Source: Amoebidium appalachense (Eukaryota > Protista > Ichthyosporea). Taken from it: a DNA stretch of 64,000 nt. The stretch is from positions 13,115,615 through 13,179,614 of the forward strand of contig CAVNZM010000002.1 in the NCBI GenBank assembly GCA_963693365.1, in the 5' to 3' direction. The notes under the pieces are model-generated. The model saw only the letters and a program-made list of their open reading frames with translations, was not told the DNA's origin and searched no databases. The position numbers and the translations under genes were made by a program. Positions 27,704-49,437 of this stretch are shown piece after piece. Numbering within the stretch: position 1 is the first letter of the stretch; every line of letters begins with the position of its first letter.

Positions 27704-28132
27704 ATGCATTCGCGTCTGTTCAAGCAAATGGCTGTGGCCTTCGTGGTCTTCGCTCTCATCGCCAACCCGGCACCCGGCGCACAGGGGAGGCCGAGCCTCT
27801 TTAATCCCGGATATGGCAGATGGTTTCGGACTACGGCCACTGCAATCGCAAACACGGGCATAGATTTCGCAGCCCAAATCGCTAGGGAGGAGGCTGCATT
27901 GCCAAGGAACGTCGCCGGGAAACCCAGGAAACCGGCTGCAAGTAACGTCGCCGGGAAACGCAGCTACCAACGTGGCAAGCGGCGCTTTATAAACGGTGCA
28001 TCCAACATCGTCACTGATGTCGGATGTGCCCTCCTGAATAACGCGGCTAACCGTTATGGTTTTGCGGATCAGTGTTGCAAGAGTGAAGGACTAAAAAAGT
28101 CCCGGGCAGCGAAAGTCTTCACTTGTTACTGA
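27704..28132 (+). CDS. Intronless 142-aa secreted prepropeptide-like protein with dibasic sites and a Cys-containing C-terminal peptide
   Basis: Non-repetitive ORF with hydrophobic signal MAVAFVVFALIANPAPGA, repeated NVAGK, GKR and GKRR sites, and a C-terminal 48 aa segment with 4 Cys. Confidence 0.6.
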   Translation: MHSRLFKQMAVAFVVFALIANPAPGAQGRPSLFNPGYGRWFRTTATAIANTGIDFAAQIAREEAALPRNVAGKPRKPAASNVAGKRSYQRGKRRFINGASNIVTDVGCALLNNAANRYGFADQCCKSEGLKKSRAAKVFTCY

Positions 28133-28776
28133 GCTGTTCTGCTAAACCAAAAACAGATGCGCGCAAACAGCTGGCGTCAGTCTTTATGAACGACCAGTGA
28201 CCATGCAATTATACACTGCAAGCTTGGCGGAGACAACATGCATATGATGATGTTTTGAACGCCGTGTTGCAAAATAAAAAGTGATACCCACTACATGATG
28301 CCATGATTCTTCGATTCAGTGTACTTTCCGTATCATTGTCGGCGCGGCACCGTGGCAGTCCCGATATGGGAAGGAAACACGACACTGACTCAAGTCGCCT
28401 GCAGGGTTAACACTAAATCATTTTATACGGTACTGTACGTATCCCTAGTCCATAACTTGAGCACTCGGGCCAGGGGCCTCTGTGCCACCTGAAACATGAG
28501 CCTAATAAAGCAGTCTGGGGTTCAAGTAGAATGCTCTTGTTTGATTGTAACCTCCACCTGGCAGTGCTGGTGCTCCAAACAAGTACCGTGGCACACATCA
28601 TGACGTGCACACTGATGAAGTTGCGCACTAGTACGTGTACGTAACTGAGCACGTACTACCAGTATGTACACTCTCACAAACGACGGATGGTTTCCTCCCC
28701 CCCTCCCCTCCCCTCCCCTGCCCGGGCGCGGATTGAAACCTCAGGGCCTCCCTCCCTCTTTCTCTCTCTCCCTCCG

Positions 28777-28808
<32 letters not shown>

Positions 28809-29009
28809 CTCCCCCCCCCCCCCCCCCCCCCCCCCCCCCGAACAAAGTCTCTCTCCGAGTCTCTCTCACTAATCTCCGGGCCCCCTCTCCCCATTGAGCG
28901 CAATAACCTTTCCCCAAAAAAATTTAAGGCCTCGGTCTCTCCCTCTCTCTTTCTCTCTCCCCCCCTCTCTCCGAGGCTCTCAGTTCTTTAAATGTTGTCC
29001 TTGGCTCTC

Positions 29010-29067
<58 letters not shown>

Positions 29068-30612
29068 CTCTCTGAGGCTCTCTGAAGCTCTCCCTGTGCC
29101 CCCGCGGTGTAGCACTTCATCAGGTTGAACGGGGATAAATCGAACCACAATAACGAACAATCATTGATCATGTGAGGACACCAGTTTACGGTGGAATGAA
29201 TGTTGATTACAGTCACACATAGAAGCAAAAAAAGTTGCCTCACCAGAATTGTTCACACATAACAGAACGGTTGGTGTGCCTTCCGGGGGAAACAAAAATC
29301 TTCAGTTTTCTTTCCACTTTCTTTCTTTTATATCTTTTTTTTTTGGGGGGGGGGGGGGGGGGAGGGAGGGGGGGGGGGGGGGGAGGGGGGGGAGGGGGGG
29401 GCGGGGCCAGGGGAGAGGGGGTCAAGTTTTCAAAGTTGTTTTGTTCTGTTTGTTTGTTCATATTATAGCTTTCCCTTCAGAACTAAGGATGATATCAGTT
29501 GCGCATTCCTCCACATGGGGAAAAAAAGATTGCTGCGTTCTTTTCGTTGGTTTCCGAGTTTGCAAAACCCTGTACCCAGTCACTGGTTCTGCACGAGAAG
29601 GCTGAGAAGCAAGGGACAATTCTTCATTGAAGTACGCACAGGAAACCACTTATACCACTATGGTTGTGATGCAGTGATGATTTAAATGCTCATGAATACC
29701 CACGTGCATGGATACGCTAGTGTCTGCAGCCTGGTATTCGTTTGGGCTAACTAGGCAACCACGGACCAGACAGGTTAGTAAAAGATGTTCATCATGGGGT
29801 GCTATTGGATCAAGGTATGTGATTAAAAAGCTGCTTTAAAGTGCGTGATTTATTTTGGCTTCCCTTCGGCTTCCCTTCTTGTGTTCTTTCTCTTCTCTTT
29901 CCCTCTTTCCCTTTTTCTTTTCTTCCTCGGAGCTCTCCCCCTTTTCAGTCTCCCTCTCTCTCTCTCCTGTCTCTCTTTCTCCTCCTTCTCTCTCCCTCTT
30001 CTCTCTCTCTCTCTCTCCTCCCCTCCCCCCCCCCCTCCTCCCTCCCTCCCTCCCACTCCCTCTCTTTCTCTCCCTCGCGCGCGCGCCTGTGCGCTCTCTC
30101 TCTCTCAGGCTCTCTCTCAGGCTCTCTCTCTTACTCTCTCTCTCTCTCTCTCTCTCTCTCCCCCGCCCCTCCCTCTCCCTCTCTCCCTCTCCCTCTATCT
30201 CGCTCTCTCACTCCCCCCCCCCCCCCCCCCCCTTGACACTAATAATTAAAAATATGAATATTCAGTATTATGTATGCACACACATGAGAGCTTGGCATGC
30301 ACACAAACACTCACACAGGTAACTGTGCAAACATACACTCACACCCACACCTGCTCGCCCACTCACTCACACACCCATCCACACCCACCAACACCCAATA
30401 TCCACCTCCCCTATCCACCACCGAGCCACTCACCTCCTTCCCACCGCTCCCCCAGGCTCATCCCCCCCCCCCCCCCCCCCCCGTAGCTCCAGCCTCTCCC
30501 CCTTCCCCCCGTCCTCTCCCCCCCTCCCCCACACACACAAACACAAACACACGCCCACCGCGCCACTCACCTCACCCTCCTTCCCTTCCTTAACGCCTCC
30601 GCACTCCATCCG

Positions 30613-30656
<44 letters not shown>

Positions 30657-30818
30657 ACCACCACCACCACCACCACCACCACCTACGCCACAATGGCATG
30701 GCCATTCTCCTTTGTCCCTGTCCCTCTGTTTATGCCCCCCTCCCCTTAATTCGGAAATACCAGTTCGGAAATACCAAAAAGTAAAAAACAAAAAAGTGGG
30801 GAAAAGAGAAACGCGTAC

Positions 30819-31027
30819 CCAGTGTCTTCTTGCTGTGTGTTAGCAGGGCAGTACGTGCAACCATGCGCGCAGCAGCCGAGCACGCCTCCGTGCCGGCATG
30901 GCCGCCACCAATGACTATGACGTCATATGTGTGCTCGCCCGCAGCGGCCGTCGCGTGCGTGTAGCGCCTGCAAACAGCAGATGCTGGGCGTGAGGCACAC
31001 GAATGCGCGTGGGGCCAAGCGAAGCAT
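30819..31027 (-). pseudogene. MTO1: Frameshifted duplicate of MTO1 exon 1, part of a segmental duplication (~26400-27550 copied to ~30370-31690)
   Basis: 209 bp against 208 bp for the functional exon; a one-base insertion (CTCCGC to CTCACGC) shifts the frame. Flanking intron and upstream sequence are also duplicated. No exon 2 copy follows. Confidence 0.88.
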
Positions 31028-31267
31028 TTTTGACATTCTCTATTTGCTGGGTGTTCTCTTGTGGGGTTGTGTGATGTGGTGGGGGCTGGGAGTGAAGAGG
31101 TGATGGGGAAGGGGGGGAGGGGAGGGAGGGTGGGAGATTTTTGGGGAGAGGGTGAGAGGGTGCTGGAAAGGGTGGGGGTAAACGTCGATTGGAGATACGG
31201 AAGGAGGGGACACCAGAAACGGCAAAGCTCAACTAGGCTAAAGAACGAGGTCGAGGACTCGATGTTT

Positions 31268-31299
<32 letters not shown>

Positions 31300-32667
31300 G
31301 AAGTCGGAAAACTAATTGCCGGGTGTGCGCCCAAAAATGCTGCACTTTTACCACAACTGCCCCGCCACCCCCGTGGCCTTTTTCTATGCAAAATCTTTCA
31401 GTTTCCATGCACACATGCAAGAACAAAAGGTACTATAATTATAATTCTTCAACATAAAAATCACACCAAAAGTGAGCAAAAATACTCGCGCCGGCACCAG
31501 TCTGGCAGTGCGGAGCGAGGTCAGCGAGGTACAGTAGTCTTTCTTGCAAGCCCCTTGAAGCATCACACCAAAAGGGTGATACACAGGGGTGCCTGTGACA
31601 TAAGTTGATGCTTTAGACTAATGGCTCACAAAATCGTGGTTATCGATGTGGTTAGCGATGCGCAAAACTTGCGCAAGCTGATATGCGGGGGTATTCGTTA
31701 TCTTGCTGATGATTGGCTGCTCTGAGATCCAAAAAATCTAATGTATCTCCCTACACCTCTAGGCGCGATGAGCCTCAAGGAGTCAAGGGTTGGCTCATAA
31801 GAGAAAGGGGGATCTCAGAAAGCCGTTTACAAAGGCTGTTAGAGATAGTTTATGTGTACAAAAATATAGCATGAAGTACTAATAAAAAAAGACAAAATCT
31901 GTAAGATCCTTCGAGATGAATGCTCAGTGCAAGATGTCCCTCATTTGGAACTAACGACGTCCTGCAACAACTTGAGGATGTTCGGGGGTGTCCATTTTCA
32001 ATGGCTTTATGTTAAAATATGTTAAATTTCAGAGAAAGCTTAATGCAAAGCCCTTCATATCACTACGCTGTTCAGGATCTACCAAAAAAAAAATAAAGCA
32101 AATTTATTTAACTCCTGTTGGTCCATATTTGCTGTAGGATGAAGCTGACCACTGGAACCTTCCTTATTGATCAAAGAAAAATCCTTTACAAATCTTTGGT
32201 GAATTTCAGAAATCTCTTACATCCCTGGGGAATCCGGCAAATCGTTTTGATTGGTCCAAATAGAAAAGCAGTGACTTTTCGATTTTTTCTTGCGTCTCAT
32301 TTCGAACTTGTCACCATCATGTTTTTTGGGGTCAACTCAGTATAAAAACATAAACATAAGTACAAAGGTCTCAACGGTGAGGGTTGTTCACACCTCTTTT
32401 GACATAGCTCCATCCCTGGTATGTTCTTCTTGGGTATAGGCGCATCAAAGCAACCGTGTGCATAACCAACAATCGAATACAGACCTACCCTACCATTCCC
32501 TTTACACCCTCTAAGCTCATGCTTCCCGAACTGTCACACAAGTTGTAACCGGACCGTGACCGTCTCTCTAGTTTTGCAAACTGCCATATAGTACCGAAGC
32601 TGTAAATATTACCGGGTATCCCTGGTATAAACGAGAGATTTCGTAGTTTGCGCCAAACTCAGTGAAA

Positions 32668-40794
<8,127 letters not shown>

Positions 40795-40919
40795 TTAAAG
40801 ATGCGGTGGTGGTGTTATATTTTTCTTCCTCTCTCTTCATCTCTCTCGCTTGTTTTTGTGTTAAATGTTCGGTTGAAAGAGGGGGAGATCGGATGAGGAG
40901 GTGTTGGGTGTGTGTGTGT

Positions 40920-40972
<53 letters not shown>

Positions 40973-41638
40973 TGGCTCTGTCTGGGGGACAACTTACTTT
41001 TTTTTTTTTTTTTTTTTTTTTTGAGTATTGGCGAGTGTGGTGTAGGCTGTCGTACACGAATAGTCTGATGAATTTTTGTATGATAATTGATGCTCACATT
41101 TGGCCGGCTCGTGATTTCCTGCCATTTTCATTGGGCGGTAGACATGACACAGAAAATGATGTGACTAGGACGGACAGTAGTTACGTTAATACCTCAGTTT
41201 AGTTAAGGCCTAATGTGGCACACCAACAATACAGAAGAAGGGTGGGTTTGTAAGCCACATGTCAGGTGGACATGTATTCACAATCCTATACCATATCCGG
41301 GTTTACAATATAGCTATGGATTTTGATTATAAAAAAGCTTTTGTAGTGAGCTAAGCGTAGCGGCAATTTATCAGTATCTGCATAATATGCAGGCTGCCAG
41401 CAATGGTGTGTTATTGGTAAATACTTATGTGGTAAGCTGGGAACATGTACCTCTGTGAAAAATTCACGCCGGATAATAAACTGCATAATAGAAAAATGAA
41501 CACACACTGTAACCCTTGTTTAGTGGTGTGTGTAACCTAATCGCACGTAAGCTTACACAGTTGTGGTGATTTTTTGTAATACACACAAACACACGTACAC
41601 AACACACAAACACACACACGTGTACACGCAGTCACACA

Positions 41639-41673
<35 letters not shown>

Positions 41674-42785
41674 CAAACACACATGCACACACGGACATGG
41701 ACACGGACACGGACACGGACACACATACACACACACAAGCTCATAAGCTTCCCCCCATCTCGAGCCCCCCCCCCCCCCCCCCCCCTCCCTCCCCCGAGTC
41801 CCTCCCCTCCCCCTCCACCTCCCCCCCCCCCCTCCCCCTCCTCCCCTCCCCCCCACTCCCCCCTCCCCCCCCCCCCCCCTCCCCCCCGCACCCCCCGCCC
41901 CTCTCTTCCTTCCACCCCTCGCAAGGACTTAATAAAAATTTTAAGGAATTTAAGTCGAATTTAAGTCAGAGCTCTGTTTGCTCCTGGTACATCTGCTGTC
42001 GTACTGTGATGCATATTACTAAGTCTACACACTGCCCCCAATATTGAGCGATATCTAGATCCGGACAAAAGGATCTCAGGCTAAAGGAATATTGGCCCGA
42101 CCGTTAACGTTCTGAGAGAGCTTAGTACTTCTACCTGTGTGCTCCTGCACCGGCCATTTGGCCATTGCTGGTTTCCCCCCTAAGTCAGTCTTGCTTTGGG
42201 TTAAACTTTGTGTATGTGACTGTGCATGTAGGTGTATGTGCTTGTTTGTAGCTCCTGCCACCCGCGGTGGGCCTACGGGAGGAGGAGGAGGAGGGGGGGA
42301 GGGGGGCGGGGGGCCCTTCAGTCCGGCCTAACAGTGGCCTTGGTTTGCCACGCTGACGTCAGCATAACCTCGGGCTCTCCCCCTTCCCCCCCCTCCCCCC
42401 CCCCTCCCCCCTCCCCCTCCGCTCCCCGCAACCACCACCACAACGGACCCCTAAATCCTTTCCCAGGGCTTTTCCCTCCACATGGGAAGCACAGTGGCAC
42501 CGGCCCAAACATTTCTGAGTCCCAACCACCACTAACCTCGAATGAAGTTACTGTACTGACGGATGATTCGGACGCTCTCCTGCAAGGCCGACGGCCAATT
42601 ATTGACGGTGTTTCTGGACATGTAACAACATCCGGCAGCCTTCAGTTGTTGCTAAGCGACACTGTGTTTGTGTGTGTGTGTGGGGGGGGGGGGGGGGAGG
42701 GAAGGAGAGGAGGAGGGGGGTGGGGGGTAATGTGCTTATGTGTGGGGAAAGAGGTGGGAGAGTGGAGGGGGAGGGGGTGATCCAT

Positions 42786-42825
<40 letters not shown>

Positions 42826-42952
42826 GGGGGGGAGGGGAGGGGGGTGTTCACTGTCTGGGTGGGCGATAAGGCAACTGTGATGGTGAGAGTGCATTTGGAC
42901 AGGAATGGGCACAAAGAACTACGTGTGCGGGTGGCAGGGTGGGTGGGTAGGT

Positions 42953-43040
<88 letters not shown>

Positions 43041-43287
43041 TGGGGGGAAAGGCGGGGGAGCAGGAGAAGGAAGAGAAACCTTGGGGGAGGAAGAAGAGGT
43101 GGTGGAAGAGGAGGTGGTGGAGGAGGAGGAGGGGGGCGTGGGGAGGGGGGAGGAGGGGGGGAAGAGACAAGCGCTCGGTTGCAGATCAGGTGTTAGGAAG
43201 GGATCAGTCATGGATGATTTATCGAAAACCAAAGACCCCCCCCCCCCCCCCCCCCCCTCCCCCCCCCCCCCCTCCCCCTCAAAAAAA

Positions 43288-43357
<70 letters not shown>

Positions 43358-44100
43358 GTGAGTGAAAGAGGGAGACCAAGAGAGGGAGATGCAGGGATAG
43401 ACAGGGCGACAGAGGGAGAGGGAGAGAGCGAGAGAGGAAGAGAGAGAGGGAGAGAAAGAGAGAGAGAGAGAGTGAGTGAGGAGAGAGAGATAGTGAGGGA
43501 GCCGGGGAGTTGGAGTGAGTAAGTGGGTGATTGAGTGAAAGTGAGTGAGTGAGGCACCGAGGGAGGGCGAGAGAAAAAAACTTGAGCGAAAACTTCTGAA
43601 AAGAATGTGGTGGAAAAAAATAAAACTTATCACCTGCGATTGATACTATGGTATGATAATTCATTTGGAACAACACAGTTTGGTAAAATCAGGGCATTGT
43701 TTGATTTAATACTGTCCCTCTTGCAGCTTTATGCCCCTTTGATACACAACTTTTTTCTATACAGCCCGGTTGTGATGTATTCAATGGCGGTAGGCTACGC
43801 ATCAGTCACAAAAACTGCCTTCTAGGAGCAGGCGATACACTCTATCTACTCTACAGCAACATATACGACAGCAATACAACTCAAGAGCATACAATGCTCT
43901 TCATATCTGAGAGTGCTAACCCTTGGGGCACAATACTTAGCAAGTACATTTCAGATGCACCCAAGGCTTCAATAGCTGATGTGTACCTGGTTCATGGTGT
44001 TTAGGTCACCGAACATGCTAAAAAATGGCTACGAAAACTTGACAATACCATTGGTGGCTTAGCACTTGAGGAAAAAGCTAAGAAAATTGAGCAAATTTTT

Positions 44101-44168
<68 letters not shown>

Positions 44169-44224
44169 AAAAAAAAAAAACAAAAAAAACTACGTTATGT
44201 ATCAAAGCAATCCGATACCCGTCG

Positions 44225-45422
44225 TCACTCTGGTTGAACATACTCCCGATCAGCATCATAGCTGATGTACGGCTTCGTGTTTCCGGGGCCGATATCCGTA
44301 TTGTCGTTGAGTGGCCCCTGGCTCAGATAGTGTGTATCCCATACAGACCCCGACCCGGGCGCCGCCTTGTTGTTTGCGTAATATCCACCCAAATTTACCG
44401 TTCCATAAACACGGTTATTTGCAATTGCACCACCGCGGAATAACCCACCGCACCCATCATCCGGAGCTTCATTGTCTTCAAACCGCCCGTCAATGTTAAC
44501 CTCCGAACCATCTCCCACCTGCTCAATCCATATAGCCCCACCACGCGCACCGCTATCAAAACCCAGATTTTTCGCCACGTTTCCGATGAACTCCGAGTCG
44601 ATGTCGATGGTTGCGCTGTTGAGAATCTTGTTAACCCAAAGGGCGCCGCCTCCGTTCGCGACGTTCCCCGTAAATTTGGACCCGGTAATTGAAAGTGACC
44701 CACCAAGGAATTGGTTGATGCCTACGGCCGAACCGCAAGCGTGGCCAAACGTACCACTGTTGTTTTCAAACACGGAATCCGAGATCTCCACGTCTGCACG
44801 CTGTGCCTTCTCAATGTACACAGCCCCCCCCGCCGCGATACATAAGCGGCAACTCAAAATCCACGACGTTTTCCGTAAACGTCGAGCCAGTAATCTTCAC
44901 GCTTTTCGTATTTCCGATGAAGAACACGGATCCTCCCCTCATCCCCGTGTTGAACTTCGTGAACGAACAATCGGAAACGTAAAGACTTATGGGGCCCACG
45001 GTGTCAGCCTCAGGGTAAGTCCCCGTACCCAACTCGGTCGTGCGGAGAACGGATGCCCTTTCCCCGTCGTTAACAAAGTCAATATTTCGGAAAGTTAAAG
45101 CAGACCCGCCCTTTGTAGCGCGGAACATGGTTGCGCTTGTGCTTGAAGAGCTCAGTTGCGCAGTGAGCATAGGCCTCCCATCACCCACAAAATTAAGGGA
45201 TTTTGTAATTTTGACCTCCTGACGTACAGTATAGGAGTCCCCAACGGTAATAGTGTCCCCTGAGCCAGCTGCATTCACGGCTGCGTTCAAATCCTCGTAG
45301 CAAGAGCCACCCACGCTGAAGGTGCATGCAAGGGCGGACTGGGCACATGAGAGAGCCACAAGGAACATCATGGCGCGGGATAACAGGCCCTTGCCGTCGT
45401 TAATGCTTGGTGTTAGGTGCAT
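44225..45422 (-). CDS. Intronless secreted right-handed beta-helix protein (Pmp-like GGA(I/V)/FxxN repeats); frame broken by one extra base in a C8 run at 44824-44831
   Basis: ORFs 44811-45464 and 44225-44857 join as ...LPLMYRGGGAVYIEK... if the run is 7 bases. Signal-like MMFLVALSCAQSALA; N-terminal DLNAAVNAAGSGDTITV; repeats FTENV/GGAVY, FENNS, FTGNV/GGGALW, FIGNV/GGAIW, FEDNE/GGAIA. Confidence 0.8.
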
Positions 45423-46463
45423 CTTTGCGTTACGAGACGAGGGGACGAAAGGATGTGTGTGCAAACTGCTGAAATGGCTGGATGTTTCTCAGGCTAAGCT
45501 GCGGCAGCAAACCGGTAAGTCTGCAAGACTTAGTTGTATGTGTTGTGTGCCAAAGTACTCATACTCGTGTTTTCGCAATTCGGCGGAACACAAAGGTACG
45601 AAGTATATGGAATAGGAGCTAAAAGTGAACAAGTTTGAGACCAGCAACAACTATTGTGGCCGCTCAATGGACATAGCTGGGTGCTTCATAATTAGAAGGT
45701 TAGGCCTATATGCCCGTGCGGCCGCGGGAGAGTAAACAAACCTTTAAAGTTACAAAGGCCCCTCTTGCCGCCATTTGATTGGTCCACTGTGCATCGCAAA
45801 GTTCCATAACCAAAAATAACTTCCAATCAGATTCTAGAACATATACTCTCGTGGAATTGCATAAATTTCGCATCCAATCATATTTTTGTTTCTTCCGTAT
45901 TTGGTTATGTTCAGATATCAGCGAGTTCAAGCGACCGTGCCCGCGCCACTTCCCTGCGCCCCCCCCCCCCCCCCTTTTCTTTCTTTCTTTCTTTTTTTTT
46001 TGTTGCCGCAGGCGACACGGCGTAGTAGTGCCCGGCCACTTACGTAAGCCAGTGGGTAAATAGCCTTGGAGACTAAGGTGCCCCACGGATCCGCGGATTG
46101 CTCGTTTTTTTCCTGCGCAGCATGCAGTGCCACGCCTCCACGGTCCTCCAACCACTGCTGCAGCTCCAACCCTGGCCAAATAGCAACCCATCCACATCGG
46201 TGTGCAGTGGTTAAGGCTTCACACGGCTGAGAGGTGGCGATTAATATCGAGGATGGCTTTCTGGGGAAAAGGATGCAGTCATACAGGCGTGTGGGTCTCA
46301 CGGGCAGCTAGAGGGTGGTGGCTCAGCTAGGCCTGGCAGTGACCAATTGCCAGTGGGCCAATATGAATGGGGGGAGAGAGGGAGGGAGGGAGGGAGGGGG
46401 GGGGGGTGGAAGGAGAGTCAATAGAGAGAGTTGGAGAGAGAGGAATTTGAGAGAGAGAAATTT

Positions 46464-46526
<63 letters not shown>

Positions 46527-47550
46527 TGAGAGAGAGAATGCATGTAACTGCGGCCGGCCGCGTGCTTTTGTATTTGGGCAAGGAAATGTTGCAATTGTAC
46601 ATATTCAAAACAAACAAGCAAAGCAAATGTTGTTCATGTATATAATTGTATCAATACACTAGTACAAAGAAGCAAAAATTTGTTTTTAGATAAGCGTATG
46701 TACACGTGAGCAAGCAAACATTATGTAGGTGAGTGAGCATGCGAGTAGGCAAGTGCTCAGACAGTAATGATAATGAGGTGTGTATGTGTGTACTATGTGA
46801 GCAAGCCAGTGTTGTATACATATGGGTCACTGAAGAGAATGAATTTTTCGACTGTGTGCTGTCATGGAAACCAACCAATGATTTACAGACGATAAAAATA
46901 ATAAATAACAAAGCACGAGGTTTCACACACATCCAACGAGTCGAACCTGAATTTAGCTTTTATTTCGGCCATGCAGTGCAAAAACATGTCTCTTGACACG
47001 TTCACACTCATGACATAACCTTGTAGCTGGGACACGGCACACCAAACATATCAACCTTATCTCTTGCAGTTGAAGACCAATAACCACCTACTACCCCTAA
47101 ACCCTACCCCTTATTCCTTGGCTATCATCAGACACCAACCCTGATCCACATTATGTGTCCGGTTACATCCGAACACATGCAAACTGGAAGAACAAAGTCT
47201 AAATACACAAGAAGTACACATGAAGAAACGAAAAATAAATAGAAGAAAACCAAAAAGAAAAGACAGAAAAAGAGGTAGAGGGAGAATAGAAAACGGACGA
47301 AAGAGGGAGAGGAAAATGATATCGAATTATCTACGTATTTACATTATGACGTCGCGATAACTGACCCCTTTTTCAAGTGGTGTGAACTCTCAGGAAATTC
47401 GGCCTGTGGATCAATAGCAAACCCTGGGCCATCGACATCGAGCCGGCTAAACAACAGAAACATGTTCATGTGTTCTGGCATATAATTTTTGTGTTTGTGC
47501 CTGCAATGTGTAAACATTCACCCATAGATGCGTGGATGCAGTGATGTGTC

Positions 47551-47601
47551 TCAATTGTCGTCCTCTCCGAGAAGGTCTTCCTCGTCATCAAAATCGGCGT
47601 C

Positions 47602-47642
<41 letters not shown>

Positions 47643-48795
47643 ACGTGTTGTTTCTTGTTGAGGAAGAGGGGGGGGGGGGGGGGGGTGTAGAGGAGGGTAA
47701 AGGAAGTCAATACCAAATGCTGCAATATAAAGAGCCTATTCAAACAACTACACTTTTCTATGCAATCCACTCCCCCCCCCAAACACCCACACCCACACAC
47801 ATACATCCCAAGAAAAAAGAAAGGCAGACACGAAAAAAGGAACGAAAAAAGGGCGACCCCCCCCCCCCCCCCCCCCCCCCCCCCACAAAAAAAAAAAAAA
47901 AAAAACAAACAAAAAAAAAACACCAAGAGCCCCAACAGAAATACACACCAACCCCCAAACCTCAACCCCCAACCGCCCACTAAACAACCCCCCCCCCCCC
48001 CCCCCCCCCCACACACACACACCCTCCCCCCCCTCCCCCCTCACACACACACACACACCTTGGTCGGGCACGTGCGCATCATCGTCCACGTCCAGCTCCT
48101 CGTCCAGGTTGACGTCATCATCCGTGTCCACGTGCTTGTCTGCCACGTGCACGTGCTCACTGCCCACCCCCCCGTGCCGTGCCTCCTCCAGAAGGTTACG
48201 GTCCATCTCCCCACGAAGAGATGGGTAGGCGGAGGCGGGCTGGGGCTGCTGACGAACGGCGCGGTATTGCTCCTCGGCCTGTTTAGAGGTGTGATGTGTT
48301 AGAGAGGGTGATTGGATCGAGGAAAATATGGTGTTATATGGATTGGGTCTCTCGGCCTGTTTCGAGGTGTGGTGTGTGAGAGGGTGATTGGATCAAGGAA
48401 AATATGGTGTTATATGGATTGGTTGAAAAGCAGGGTTGAAGGAGGAAAGGGAGGAAAATAGGATGGTTTACAGTAAGACACTCGAGAGGATGTTTAAACG
48501 TGGGAAGCATGGTCATAAATGTCGTTATCATTAAAAGGGTTATCTACCCGTGTCGTAAGAAAAATGCATTAAGCATATTGCAGATTGCAGCACGTATCTA
48601 CCCGTGTCGAAAGAAAAATGCATTAAGCATATTGCAGATTGCAGCACGTCAACATAGCACTAAGCTTTCGCGAGCGCACGTCTAGGTGGTAGCCACCGTG
48701 TGTGTGTTTGTGTGTGTACGCGTGGTGTGTACGTGTGTGTGCGCGCGCGCGCGTGTGTGTGTGTTTAGGTGCGTGTGTGTTGGGGGGAGGAGGAT

Positions 48796-48844
<49 letters not shown>

Positions 48845-49264
48845 TTACATACCTGCAGAGCGAGCTCGAGGTCCGGGAAAAGGTTTTCGTACTCGGCTGG
48901 GTCGGCAAGCGCATCGGCAGCCTTCTGCTTGCACACAGTAAGTACACGTGTCCCGGAGGGAGGGGGGGGGGGGGGGGGGGGGGGGGAAGGGGTGGAGACA
49001 GAGGGGAAACACGTTACAGAGTACGAATTCCACATTAACGACGGACAACACCACACAAAGACATGGATGGGGGGGGGGGGGGGGACGGGATGGGGGGTGA
49101 GGAGGAGAAGAAGGAGGTGGTGGTGTTGGTGGAGGGGGGGCCGGGGGGGAGGTGGAGGAGGGGGGGCTATGAATAACAGAACACGAGGCATGCATTCACG
49201 ACGGAAAACACACCACCAATTTTCACAAAGAACCACACACAGGGTATACACCTCATAAGTTGTG

Positions 49265-49317
<53 letters not shown>

Positions 49318-49388
49318 GTGTGTGTGTGTGTGTGTGTGTGTGCACGCGTGTGGGTGTATGCGTGCATGTGTGTGCCTGCGTGGTTTGT

Positions 49389-49437
<49 letters not shown>

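Noticed and set aside
42232-43365. ORFs 42232-42780 and 42784-43365
   Set aside because: Mostly low-complexity sequence, with no domain, start context or convincing splice chain.
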